Virus genome (UHGV): UHGV-1530050
Direction: 5' to 3' (one strand)
DNA length: 30,949 nucleotides
Source of the DNA: a virus
The notes beneath the pieces are model-generated. The model did not search any database, was not told where the DNA came from, and saw only the letters and a list, made by a program, of their open reading frames with translations. The translations under genes and the position numbers were made by a program. Shown here piece by piece: positions 17,922-26,921 of this stretch (positions are counted from its first letter, which is position 1; each line of letters starts with the position of its first letter).

Positions 17922-19691
17922 ATGACCATTTCCACCGATACAACCTTGTTGCATGACCCGCGACGACAGGCATCGCTGCTTTACTGGCAGGGCTTTTCCG
18001 TGCCACAGATTGCCGAAATGCTGCAGGTCAAGCGCCCGACCGTGCAGAGCTGGAAGCAGCGCGACGGCTGGGACGGCATCGCACCGATTTCCCGCGTTGA
18101 AAGCAGCCTTGAGGCGCGCCTGATTCAGCTCATCGCGAAACCACAGAAGACGGGCGGTGATTTCAAAGAGATTGACCTGCTCGGGCGGCAGATTGAGCGG
18201 CTGGCGCGCGTCAACCGCTACAGCCAGACCGGCAACGAAGCCGACCTTAACCCCAACGTCGCCAACCGCAACAAAGGGGAGCGCAAAAAGCCGAAAAAGA
18301 ATTTTTTCAGCGACGAGGCTATCGAGAAACTGGAGGAATTATTTTTCGACCAGTCTTTCGAGTACCAGTTGCAGTGGTACCGCGCAGGACTGGAGCACCG
18401 TATTCGTGACATTCTCAAATCCCGCCAGATTGGTGCGACGTTCTATTTCTCCCGCGAGGCGCTGCTGCGCGTGCTCAAAACAGGCCATAACCAGATATTT
18501 TTATCAGCCAGTAAAACGCAGGCTTACGTGTTTCGCGAATACATCATCCAGTTTGCACGACTGGTCGACGTTGACTTGACCGGCGACCCGATTGTCATCG
18601 GTAACAACGGCGCAAAACTGATTTTTCTCGGTACCAATTCCAACACCGCGCAGAGCCATAACGGCGACCTGTATGTCGATGAAATATTCTGGATCCCGAA
18701 CTTTCAGAAACTGCGCAAAGTCGCCTCGGGCATGGCTTCGCAGAAGCACCTGCGCTCGACCTACTTTTCGACACCCTCAACACTGGCGCACGGGGCTTAC
18801 CCCTTCTGGTCTGGTGAGCTGTTCAACAAGGGGCGCGCCAGTGCCGCTGACCGCATCGAAATCGACATCAGTCACCGCGCGCTCGCCGGTGGTCAGCTCT
18901 GCGACGATGGCCAGTGGCGGCAGATTGTCACCATTGAGGATGCCCTTGCCGGGGGCTGCACCCTGTTCGACCTCGACCAGCTCAAACGCGAAAACAGTGA
19001 TGAGGATTTTAAGAACCTGTTTATGTGCGAGTTTGTCGACGATAAAGCGTCGGTATTCCCGTTCGAGGAGCTGCAGCGCTGCATGGTCGACGTGATGGAA
19101 GAATGGGAGGACTTTGCCCCGTTCGCCGACCATCCGTTCGGCTCGCGCCCGGTCTGGATTGGCTACGACCCGTCACACACCGGCGACAGCGCCGGGTGCG
19201 TTGTGCTCGCGCCGCCGGTGGTCTCGGGTGGCAAGTTCCGCATGCTTGAGCGCCACCAGTGGAAAGGAATGGATTTTGCCGCTCAGGCCGAGGGCATCCG
19301 CAAGCTGACCGAGAAATACAACGTCGAATACATCGGCATTGACGCGACCGGCCTCGGTCTCGGCGTATTCCAGTTGGTGCGCTCATTCTACCCGGCGGCA
19401 CGCGGCATCCGTTACACACCTGAAATGAAAACCGCGATGGTACTCAAGGCGAAAGACACCATTCGCCGCGGCTGTCTGGAGTACGACGCCGGGGCGACCG
19501 ACGTCACGCAGTCGTTTATGTCCATCCGCAAAACCATGACCAGCAGCGGGCGCAGCGCCACTTACGAGGCCAGCCGCACCGAGGAAGCCAGTCACGCTGA
19601 TATCGCATGGGCGACCATGCACGCCCTGTTAAACGAACCGCTTTCTGCCGGTAGCGGCATGCAGCCTAAATCTATTCTGGAGTTCAACTAA
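17922..19691 (+). CDS. P: Terminase ATPase (large) subunit P
   Basis: 589 aa; P2 gpP-like; TAATG overlap with Q. Confidence 0.9.
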   Translation: MTISTDTTLLHDPRRQASLLYWQGFSVPQIAEMLQVKRPTVQSWKQRDGWDGIAPISRVESSLEARLIQLIAKPQKTGGDFKEIDLLGRQIERLARVNRYSQTGNEADLNPNVANRNKGERKKPKKNFFSDEAIEKLEELFFDQSFEYQLQWYRAGLEHRIRDILKSRQIGATFYFSREALLRVLKTGHNQIFLSASKTQAYVFREYIIQFARLVDVDLTGDPIVIGNNGAKLIFLGTNSNTAQSHNGDLYVDEIFWIPNFQKLRKVASGMASQKHLRSTYFSTPSTLAHGAYPFWSGELFNKGRASAADRIEIDISHRALAGGQLCDDGQWRQIVTIEDALAGGCTLFDLDQLKRENSDEDFKNLFMCEFVDDKASVFPFEELQRCMVDVMEEWEDFAPFADHPFGSRPVWIGYDPSHTGDSAGCVVLAPPVVSGGKFRMLERHQWKGMDFAAQAEGIRKLTEKYNVEYIGIDATGLGLGVFQLVRSFYPAARGIRYTPEMKTAMVLKAKDTIRRGCLEYDAGATDVTQSFMSIRKTMTSSGRSATYEASRTEEASHADIAWATMHALLNEPLSAGSGMQPKSILEFN

Positions 19692-20737
19692 TGGGTAAGC
19701 AAAAATCCCGCAAAGCCGCTGCGCAGAAGGCCAGCAAGCCACAACAACTGACCGCCAGCGCACCGCCAAAAACAACAGCTTTTACCTTCGGCGAGCCGGT
19801 GCCAGTGCTCGATAAGCGCGATATTCTGGATTACGTCGAGTGCATCAGTAACGGCAAATGGTACGAGCCGCCGGTCAGCTTCTCCGGGCTGGCAAAGAGC
19901 CTGCGCTCTGCAGTGCATCACAGCTCACCGATTTACGTTAAACGCAACGTGCTCGCTAGCACCTACATTCCGCACCCGCTGCTGTCCCGTCAGGATTTCA
20001 GCCGCTTTGCGCTCGACTATCTGGTATTTGGCAACGCCTTTCTTGAGCAGCGCCACAGCGTCACCGGCCAGTTAATCAAACTGCTGGCCTCGCCAGCCAA
20101 ATACACCCGACGCGGAGTCGACGATTCGATTTTCTGGTTTGTGGAAAACTTCACCCAGCCGCACGAGTTCGCGCCTGATACCGTGTTTCACCTGCTGGAG
20201 CCCGACATTAATCAGGAGATTTACGGCCTGCCCGAATATCTCAGCGCGCTAAATTCCGCCTGGCTGAATGAATCCGCGACGCTGTTCCGCCGCAAGTATT
20301 ATCAGAACGGCGCGCACGCGGGTTACATCATGTATGTGACTGACCCGGCGCAGAGCGCGACCGACGTCGAATCGCTGCGCGAGGCGATGCGCAACTCAAA
20401 AGGGCTCGGCAACTTTAAGAACCTGTTTTTCTACGCTCCCGGCGGAAAACCGGACGGCATCAAAATCGTGCCACTGAGCGAGGTCGCCACAAAGGATGAC
20501 TTTTTCAACATCAAGAAGGCCAGTGCCGCCGATCTGATGGACGCGCACCGCGTACCGTTCCAGCTCATGGGCGGCAAGCCCGAGAATATCGGTTCACTCG
20601 GTGATGTTGAGAAGGTGGCAAAGGTATTTGTGCGCAACGAGCTGTCGCCGCTACAGGACAGGTTCAGGGAGGTAAATGACTGGCTCGGCATGGAGGTCAT
20701 CAGATTCAAAGAGTACACCCTCGACAACCCAGAATAA
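19691..20737 (+). CDS. Q: Portal (capsid vertex) protein Q
   Basis: 348 aa; P2 gpQ-like sequence and position. Confidence 0.9.
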   Translation: MGKQKSRKAAAQKASKPQQLTASAPPKTTAFTFGEPVPVLDKRDILDYVECISNGKWYEPPVSFSGLAKSLRSAVHHSSPIYVKRNVLASTYIPHPLLSRQDFSRFALDYLVFGNAFLEQRHSVTGQLIKLLASPAKYTRRGVDDSIFWFVENFTQPHEFAPDTVFHLLEPDINQEIYGLPEYLSALNSAWLNESATLFRRKYYQNGAHAGYIMYVTDPAQSATDVESLREAMRNSKGLGNFKNLFFYAPGGKPDGIKIVPLSEVATKDDFFNIKKASAADLMDAHRVPFQLMGGKPENIGSLGDVEKVAKVFVRNELSPLQDRFREVNDWLGMEVIRFKEYTLDNPE

Positions 20738-20814
20738 CTTAGGCCGCCACAATCTCTGCGCTCATTATTGAAGATGCAATCTGCGAAAGCTATAGTGCAT
20801 CGAATATCAAAACA

Positions 20815-21819
20815 ATGGGCGCGGAGATTAATATTTTGGAAACTGATTTTAAAATAACCCTCGAAGGTTTCGCTACTGAGCAAGAAGCAAATAATATCGG
20901 TAATTTCACACTAGAAGCTATCCGAGCTTTAACAAAAAATCTCAATCTTGATATCTCCAAATTAAAATGCGTGATTGTTTCCTATAACTTCAGTGAAGCT
21001 CTTCAAAAGGTAACATCCTCTTACCAACACAAATCCCCTAGTTCATTTACCAATAGCAAACAGGGCGCAGCCGTCGGGCAGTTAGTAACAAAAATTGGCA
21101 ATGATGGGCTATGTGAAGAATATACCCTTGTGCTATCGATTGATTTTTTTGTTGAGCTTTTCAATGATGCTGGCTTCTTAAAACTGAAAGAAGAAGGATA
21201 CCTCGCAGTCATCCATCGCATTCACCATGAATTAGTGCACGTACATGAAAAAAACTTACTAACATGCTTAGCCCAAAACTTTACAGTCAACGAGTATGGT
21301 AGCGCGCTTCTTATCTCAGCCACGCGTGCATGGTCTGAATATCTCGCTAATTACATGTCTTCGGGGTCTGCCCCTCAAGAAACTATCGATTTATTTTTAG
21401 AGAATCTTGACACTGTTGTAAATGAAGTATCTGACGAAATTGAAAAACTCATCTGGGGTTATAAGTACGGTAATATTTCTCTGAATGACATGTATCTCGA
21501 AGTAAAAAAACGTATCAGGCTAATCATCAACTCTTATGCTTATGCGATGGGTTATGTCCATTCTCTAAACATCAATATTAAAGAATACGATCCAAAGCTA
21601 TCCCTTACACTATCCAACTCAAAGATAAGATATCAATTATCAGAATTAGGCATTGCTTTTCAGAATCTTTATGGGAAGTTTAATGACCAGCACATTACAG
21701 GTTTTGGTGATTTTCGGGAGATAACAATAATCATTGATGAAATATTCAAGCAGTTTGGGCTTGTTTTAGAGTGTCCCGATTGGTCTGGCGACGGTGAACT
21801 CTACATACATGTAAATTAG
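20815..21819 (+). CDS. Hypothetical protein with HExxH (HELVH) motif; AT-rich cargo gene between portal Q and cos
   Basis: 334 aa ORF with much lower GC than the backbone; ...VIHRIHHELVHVHEKN... contains a candidate zinc-metallopeptidase HExxH motif; RBS weak. Confidence 0.55.
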   Translation: MGAEINILETDFKITLEGFATEQEANNIGNFTLEAIRALTKNLNLDISKLKCVIVSYNFSEALQKVTSSYQHKSPSSFTNSKQGAAVGQLVTKIGNDGLCEEYTLVLSIDFFVELFNDAGFLKLKEEGYLAVIHRIHHELVHVHEKNLLTCLAQNFTVNEYGSALLISATRAWSEYLANYMSSGSAPQETIDLFLENLDTVVNEVSDEIEKLIWGYKYGNISLNDMYLEVKKRIRLIINSYAYAMGYVHSLNINIKEYDPKLSLTLSNSKIRYQLSELGIAFQNLYGKFNDQHITGFGDFREITIIIDEIFKQFGLVLECPDWSGDGELYIHVN

Positions 21820-22038
21820 TTTAATCATAGTAGAAACATAATTAGCAGTTTGAATCCTGCCACTCCTGTAAAGCCGCTGCTCCTGGTGGCTTTTCCATGC
21901 ACACCACCATCACGCATCAGATGTGTCTCACGCGCACGAACACACCTGACCACCAACGAACCAGCAGCGACCACGACAGCGCCATCACGATGCGCTCAGA
22001 AGATAATTTTTATTATTACGCATCACTGCTGGCGCGCA

Positions 22039-22057
22039 ATGCTTTCCCCGCCACGCC
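22039..22057 (-). other. cos site (19-nt cohesive end, 186-type)
   Basis: The reverse complement of 22039..22057 reads GGCGTGGCGGGGAAAGCAT, matching the 19-nt cohesive end of phage 186 as I recall it (P2 differs at 2 positions); lies between Q and A as expected. Confidence 0.6.
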
Positions 22058-22150
22058 TGCCCGCTTTATGGGGCGGTTTTAATGCAGTTGCATGACCACT
22101 CTGGATCCCCGCCAGCTCTTGCGGCGCACGTACAAAACGGGTAACCCCGG

Positions 22151-22185
22151 CGCATGCAGAACCATGCACCTGTTGCATGCACAGC
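22151..22185. repeat. Three direct copies of CATGCA(C/G) spaced 11-13 bp apart
   Basis: cgCATGCAgaacCATGCAcctgttgCATGCAcag; about 95-130 bp from cos and 110-140 bp upstream of the 22294 gene. Confidence 0.4.
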
Positions 22186-22293
22186 TTATTTATTGATAAA
22201 TCACCTTAAATTTACAAAAATTACGGACATTGGTTCTTTCCAAACATGATAGCCTCTCGATAATTATCGAGCCTATTTTGAACGGAGAAAGAT

Positions 22294-23235
22294 ATGCAAG
22301 GTGAAGTTGACGAACAGCAACCCAATGAGATTATGTCGGAGTTTGGATACTATCCAGTAGAAGTTAACATTGAGACTGAACAATTTTCTTTGCTTACTTT
22401 ACCTGGTCTCAATGAGAAAGTGGAGCGTGTTAACAATGATAAAAACGTTGTGAAAGGTTGGATATACCCTGGAAACCAAGATGTATATAACCTTAATGGT
22501 GGTATATCCACAATGCCTTATAGTCACCGAGTATTCAGTATGCCCAAAACGCACACACTAAAATTAAAAAATACATCCTCGTTAGAAACTCTCAACTTTA
22601 TTGTGTGGTGCCTTTCTTTTTTCAAGGGAATAAGATTGACAACCACTGACGCTGGTTTTTTAGATGCAACCACTATCAAGCCCACTAAGTTAACCGACTT
22701 TATTCTCGTTGGATGCTCTGAAAAAGAAGTCATAGAACTGGCTCTTAATTATATAAATGGCAAACATAAGGATGCGCACTCCCCCAAAAGAATTGCGGCA
22801 GTGGTGCATGCACTATTCTTATCTCAAAACCCACAATACCTTTCTTTTGAAAAATTCCAGTACCTTTACATGGCACTTGATGGGTGCTTTGCTTTGTCGT
22901 GGGCTGAGCATGACAAGGCTCCTGATAAAAAACCGCCAAATCATTACAAGCGATTAAAGTGGATGTGCAAAATTTATGGGTTATCAATCCCCACATGGGT
23001 GTCAGGTAAAAAAAACATTTCTGGCATCCGCAATGATAATTTTCATGAGGCTATTTTTTTTGGTCAACCGCTTGGTTTCTCAAGTGTTAATAACAGTCAA
23101 TATGGTAACGATATATTGCTGCAAATGCAGGCACTGGTATGTCGCCTATTAGCGGCAATACTGTCGGTTAATGATTGCAGTTATCTCAAATCTTCGGTCA
23201 ACTCACGAGATTACCATTCATTAAAAATAAATTAA
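22294..23235 (+). CDS. Hypothetical protein; AT-rich cargo gene in the cos-proximal Q/A slot (P2 tin/old position)
   Basis: 313 aa ORF with a strong GGAG RBS 8 nt upstream; low GC; convergent with replication gene A as P2 old/tin are. Confidence 0.6.
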   Translation: MQGEVDEQQPNEIMSEFGYYPVEVNIETEQFSLLTLPGLNEKVERVNNDKNVVKGWIYPGNQDVYNLNGGISTMPYSHRVFSMPKTHTLKLKNTSSLETLNFIVWCLSFFKGIRLTTTDAGFLDATTIKPTKLTDFILVGCSEKEVIELALNYINGKHKDAHSPKRIAAVVHALFLSQNPQYLSFEKFQYLYMALDGCFALSWAEHDKAPDKKPPNHYKRLKWMCKIYGLSIPTWVSGKKNISGIRNDNFHEAIFFGQPLGFSSVNNSQYGNDILLQMQALVCRLLAAILSVNDCSYLKSSVNSRDYHSLKIN

Positions 23236-23268
23236 TGCTAACGCCTCGCGGTGCTCGTTGTTCAACCC

Positions 23269-23303
23269 CCGCCAGTACTGAAAGCGAGTTTCAGAACCGG
23301 CGG
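23269..23303 (+). terminator. Candidate terminator hairpin downstream of the 22294 gene
   Basis: Nested inverted repeats ccgcc ... ctgaaa-gcgag-tttcag ... ggcgg, 35 nt after the stop, followed by cgtttgct. Confidence 0.3.
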
Positions 23304-23309
23304 CGTTTG

Positions 23310-23519
23310 CTATCGTCGACGTGGTGGTGGTGCGTATTGTTTCGACCTGCTGATGCTATCCAGCTTGCCGTAATTATCCCTGACTATTTCGGCACACCCG
23401 ACCAGCTCTGCGGGTGTCAAATTCTCATTGACCATTATCTGCTGCAAACGATGAACGATGGCCATCAGTTTGATGCTTTTAGTTTTGTGCTGCGGTATTT
23501 CACCTGGTAGTCGATGCAT
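23310..23519 (-). CDS. Small hypothetical ORF (69 aa)
   Basis: ORF only; uncertain start; located downstream of the dinI-like gene. Confidence 0.3.
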   Translation of the reverse strand: MHRLPGEIPQHKTKSIKLMAIVHRLQQIMVNENLTPAELVGCAEIVRDNYGKLDSISRSKQYAPPPRRR

Positions 23520-23718
23520 ATTATCACCCTCAATGAATTTTAATCAGTGCCGTCAAAACGCCACTATAAAACCATCTCAGGTCATGCCTCATTAATCATG
23601 GGCGTGTCATCAATAGCACATTGAGAAATTTTGAAAGGCAGGACTTAAGCCTCGTGGGCTAGTTACTCAACCCCGCCGACGCAAAAAGCTAGTTTTTGCG
23701 CCAGCACGGTTATTATGT

Positions 23719-23949
23719 TTAACGCCAGCTATCGTCTTCCCAAATCTCTTGTAATATGCTGCCTAATGTTTCTCTGTCCGCCTCTTTATCGAATCCGATA
23801 GCCTCTACACCAGTCATTGACCCTTTCTTAACGTTAACTTTTGTTGCAGGAAAAACGCATTGTACTCGATGTGTTATTTCATTCTGAAAAGCATCAATGA
23901 TCTGTTGCCCTAATTTTTGCTCTTTATCCAACGTGATATTGATTCTCAT
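23719..23949 (-). CDS. DinI-like damage-inducible protein domain (possible Tum-like antirepressor C-terminal part)
   Basis: 76 aa; MRINITLDK...RVQCVFPA...ILQEIWEDDSW resembles the DinI family; in the same frame as the upstream 60-aa ORF, separated by a single TAG. Confidence 0.7.
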   Translation of the reverse strand: MRINITLDKEQKLGQQIIDAFQNEITHRVQCVFPATKVNVKKGSMTGVEAIGFDKEADRETLGSILQEIWEDDSWR

Positions 23950-23952
23950 AAT

Positions 23953-24135
23953 CTAATCAGCCTTATAAAAATTATCATCTTCGGTTTCGTTATTTTCGCT
24001 GTTTGCTAGGTCTGCAATGAGAGTGAGCGCGAGCTTTAAGTCTGATGGCTTGCAGTTTGCAATCAGAGATACCTCGGCAATAAATTGCACACAAGCCCAC
24101 TTTTGCTGCGTTCGGCTGAAATGTTCGCCAACCAT
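23953..24135 (-). CDS. Small SOS-regulated ORF (60 aa), possible N-terminal part of a Tum-like antirepressor
   Basis: GGGAGGG RBS; near-consensus LexA box 20-40 bp upstream; in frame with the dinI-like ORF across one amber codon. Confidence 0.5.
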   Translation of the reverse strand: MVGEHFSRTQQKWACVQFIAEVSLIANCKPSDLKLALTLIADLANSENNETEDDNFYKAD

Positions 24136-24154
24136 GAAATCCCTCCCATAGGGT

Positions 24155-24174
24155 TACTGTATATTTATACAGTA
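24155..24174 (-). promoter_or_regulatory. LexA box (SOS operator)
   Basis: TACTGTATATTTATACAGTA is a CTGT-N8-ACAG palindrome matching the E. coli LexA consensus TACTGTATATATATACAGTA at 19/20; overlaps a candidate TTGCCA -35 on the - strand. Confidence 0.8.
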
Positions 24175-24248
24175 GCACGTATTGGCAAAAGATGGGAAGA
24201 AAAAAAACGAATAGAGCGATTGCTGTATGTGCATGATATGGATATGAA

Positions 24249-26471
24249 TTACTCATGTATTGGTTTTGATGCTTCAGCCATCGCCGCAACACGATTAAGG
24301 ATTTTCCGAGCTTTAGCCTCATGCGATGGTGCTGCGGAAAATATTTCTCCTTTGGCCGTTCCGCGTAGCCATTTACCATCAAAACAACTTTTACCACCGG
24401 CCATCAGGTGCAGGGCTTCGCCCCGGCTGATATTAATGCCGGTTGTCAGATGTATTTCGTCGATAGTTTTAGCTATAGCTGCGTTTTGCTCATCCGTTCC
24501 GTGGATGAATTTTCGCCGTGCTGCTGGCTTTTGCTTCCTGAGTCGGTTGGTCAATTCTCGTCTTTCACGCCGACTCAGTGGTTTTGTTAAATCCAGTATC
24601 GGTGGATCGCTTTCGCTTCCCGTACAGTTATTGACAGAACTCCGAGGGACGGCTTTGCCGTCCTGAAGGTCAACGGCCAAATCAACAGCACGCTTCGGAA
24701 CAATCTTCCACTGAGTGAGCCGGGTTAAAATCGGACTCCCTGCACCTATGGAGGAATCGTAGACTCCCTTAATACATACCGTTTCCTCACCGTACTGATT
24801 AAGCTCGGTACGCGGTTCATACAGTGTGCGCACCTGTAAATCATCGCGACGGACAAACGGCCCACCCTGAGCATTAACATAACCAGCCCAGTCACCAGCG
24901 TCGGCGGCATCATGGACGGCGGCAAACTCAACGCTCAGTCCGTGCGCGGTTTCGGTATCAGCGAGGCGACGCAACTCACGGTAAACCGTCACCGGCGCAC
25001 CACCGATAAACTGAAACTGACGGATGTGCCAGCGCGCAGCCCATGCTGAAACGGCGGGGGCTGTCTCTTTCAGTAGCTCACCGCTTTCATCATCGGTTTC
25101 ACCATCGAGAGCATAACCGTCGATATTTTTTGAAATGTATTTAGCAACATAGCCGGTTGCGCTGCCTTTCTCCGGGTCAATGGACTCGGCGTGGAAACGT
25201 GCTTTTTTGGATTTATCGCTTTTCAGTTCGTGGCGGTCTTCTTTCCATGCGTATTTACGGACGATGGAGCGAACATATTCAACATCTTCCGGCAGCATGA
25301 ACATCAGCATGTGCCAGTGTGGAGTGCCGTCGTGATGAGGCTCGGCGACACGAATACCGAAAATACGGACATCTTCCCGATGTAGTTTGGCACGGATACG
25401 CGCCCAGATACCGGTTAGATAGTTTTGCGTGTCAGCCGGGCTGGCACCGCTCCATTTGCTGTTACGGTAACCGGCTTTAGTCGTGGCGTGATATTTTGAC
25501 GGCGCGGTTAGAGTGTAAAACTCACCGACATAACCGAGCTCATTACAGATGTTTTCAAACCCACGAATGCGGGTCATGAGCTCACAGCGGCGAATCGCAG
25601 GGTTAGCAACTGAGCCATCATATTTTTCAATCAGGCTGATACGGTTGCCGTCTTCGTCTTCGAGATCCAGACCTTTGAGAAATTCACGAGTGCGGCGCTT
25701 TTGTTCACGCCAGTCAGTCACGCAGTTTTTACTCGCGTAAGTGTTTTTTTTCTTACTGACGTTGCCGACTGCAATTTGCAGGTGTTCGCGCCACGTAGCT
25801 GCAACACGGCGCAAACGACCGCGCCACCACCCATCGTTAAACATTTTGGCGATAGCCGGTGCGATTTCATCCGCACCGACATATTTTTTTTCAACCCGCT
25901 CCCAATGTGGTGGGATAACGTTAAATTGGAGGGAAATAAAGCCAGCACGAATATACCAGGTGTACAGCGTTTTAAGCTCGCCGAATCCGTGGTCATTAAT
26001 GTTGGCAAGTTCACCACGAATGAAATTAGCAATATCAGCGGCCAACAGGTCAACATCAGCGCGCGACATATCCGGGAGACGGTTATATCGGGCGACCATA
26101 TTAACCATGCGTGACGACAGATATTGCATTTGCTGAGTATCAAAATGACTTCCAAAAACAGCGGTTGATACCTTGCTGTTGATACCAGCGCATTCGTATT
26201 TTTTTGCGACCAGTTCAAGACGCGGCAATGCCTTTTTGCAGAAGTTGATTAAAAATGCATTGGCTCGTTGACTACCCTGATTTTGCTCCAGCACCGCAGC
26301 AGTGCGATAAACATCTAACCGCACGCAGTCGGGCTGGAGAGAAAGCACCTTTTTTGCATGCAGCAAAGCCGCGAACATACGGTCGCGGCGATGCTGTTGC
26401 TCATAAGTAAGGTATGGGCTGGAGATTGCCGACCGTGGGACGTTCCACGGATAAGCGAATTGAACAGCCAA
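24249..26471 (-). CDS. A: Replication initiation protein A (rolling-circle endonuclease)
   Basis: 740 aa; P2/186 gpA-like (HHDGTPHWHMLMF region); last gene of the early operon. Confidence 0.9.
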   Translation of the reverse strand: MAVQFAYPWNVPRSAISSPYLTYEQQHRRDRMFAALLHAKKVLSLQPDCVRLDVYRTAAVLEQNQGSQRANAFLINFCKKALPRLELVAKKYECAGINSKVSTAVFGSHFDTQQMQYLSSRMVNMVARYNRLPDMSRADVDLLAADIANFIRGELANINDHGFGELKTLYTWYIRAGFISLQFNVIPPHWERVEKKYVGADEIAPAIAKMFNDGWWRGRLRRVAATWREHLQIAVGNVSKKKNTYASKNCVTDWREQKRRTREFLKGLDLEDEDGNRISLIEKYDGSVANPAIRRCELMTRIRGFENICNELGYVGEFYTLTAPSKYHATTKAGYRNSKWSGASPADTQNYLTGIWARIRAKLHREDVRIFGIRVAEPHHDGTPHWHMLMFMLPEDVEYVRSIVRKYAWKEDRHELKSDKSKKARFHAESIDPEKGSATGYVAKYISKNIDGYALDGETDDESGELLKETAPAVSAWAARWHIRQFQFIGGAPVTVYRELRRLADTETAHGLSVEFAAVHDAADAGDWAGYVNAQGGPFVRRDDLQVRTLYEPRTELNQYGEETVCIKGVYDSSIGAGSPILTRLTQWKIVPKRAVDLAVDLQDGKAVPRSSVNNCTGSESDPPILDLTKPLSRRERRELTNRLRKQKPAARRKFIHGTDEQNAAIAKTIDEIHLTTGINISRGEALHLMAGGKSCFDGKWLRGTAKGEIFSAAPSHEAKARKILNRVAAMAEASKPIHE

Positions 26472-26472
26472 T

Positions 26473-26694
26473 TTATACCCCCCGATAGTGTTTGTTTTTT
26501 AGCTCTGCTATTTGCTGGCAGGTTACGCAAAAAGCCACGCCCGGAATCGCAATGCGGCGAGCTTCCGGGATTGGTGTGTCACATTCCTCGCAAAGAAAAC
26601 GGGAAGGTGCAGCGATACGGGGGCGTGCGTTGCTGATGTGGCGTTCGCGGTCTTCCTGCTCGCGCAGTTGTGCTAAATCCATTGCGTCGGCCAT
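26473..26694 (-). CDS. TraR/DksA-family C4 zinc-finger protein (P2 orf82-like)
   Basis: 73 aa; CEEC...(17 aa)...CVTC four-cysteine spacing typical of TraR/DksA-like phage proteins. Confidence 0.7.
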   Translation of the reverse strand: MADAMDLAQLREQEDRERHISNARPRIAAPSRFLCEECDTPIPEARRIAIPGVAFCVTCQQIAELKNKHYRGV

Positions 26695-26921
26695 TAGTGC
26701 AGCTCCTGTGATTCATTCTCAAAGCGGGTTGCTTCACGGCGCAGCAGTTCGGCAGCTTCGGTGCCGCTCATACCCTCTCTGGTAATATGGATAGCCAGCG
26801 CCTCAAGGCGGATGGAAACAGCGAGCGCGCGGTCTTTACGCTCTTCTTTTTTTGCATCGGTCAGCAATACGGCCAGCGCATTGCTATCAGTGTTAAAACT
26901 ACGGATTTCGGTATTACGCAT
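26694..26921 (-). CDS. Small early-operon protein (75 aa), function unknown
   Basis: ORF coupled start-to-stop with its neighbours in the early operon. Confidence 0.55.
   Translation of the reverse strand: MRNTEIRSFNTDSNALAVLLTDAKKEERKDRALAVSIRLEALAIHITREGMSGTEAAELLRREATRFENESQELH

Noticed and set aside
21850-22095. 81-aa ORF spanning the cos site
   Set aside because: It crosses the 19-nt cohesive-end sequence, is GC-rich and Pro/Arg/Ala-biased, and has no RBS; cos and terminase recognition sequence is the better explanation.
22170-22184. CTGT-N7-ACAG near-palindrome as a second LexA box
   Set aside because: LexA boxes need an 8-bp spacer; this has 7, so it is more likely part of the CATGCA repeat array.
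22294-23235. Rx4H (RNDNFH) as a HEPN nuclease motif in the cargo protein
   Set aside because: The motif is too short and common to support a HEPN assignment without profile or structure evidence.
23680-23700. Hairpin CGCAAAAA-GCTAG-TTTTTGCG just downstream of the dinI-like gene as a terminator
   Set aside because: The T-run lies inside the stem and the downstream sequence is GC-rich, so it is not a canonical intrinsic terminator; left unannotated.
23990-24397. 135-aa - strand ORF overlapping the 3' end of gene A and the LexA box
   Set aside because: It overlaps a confident gene in another frame and runs through the regulatory region; the coupled 60-aa and DinI-like ORFs with RBS explain this locus better.
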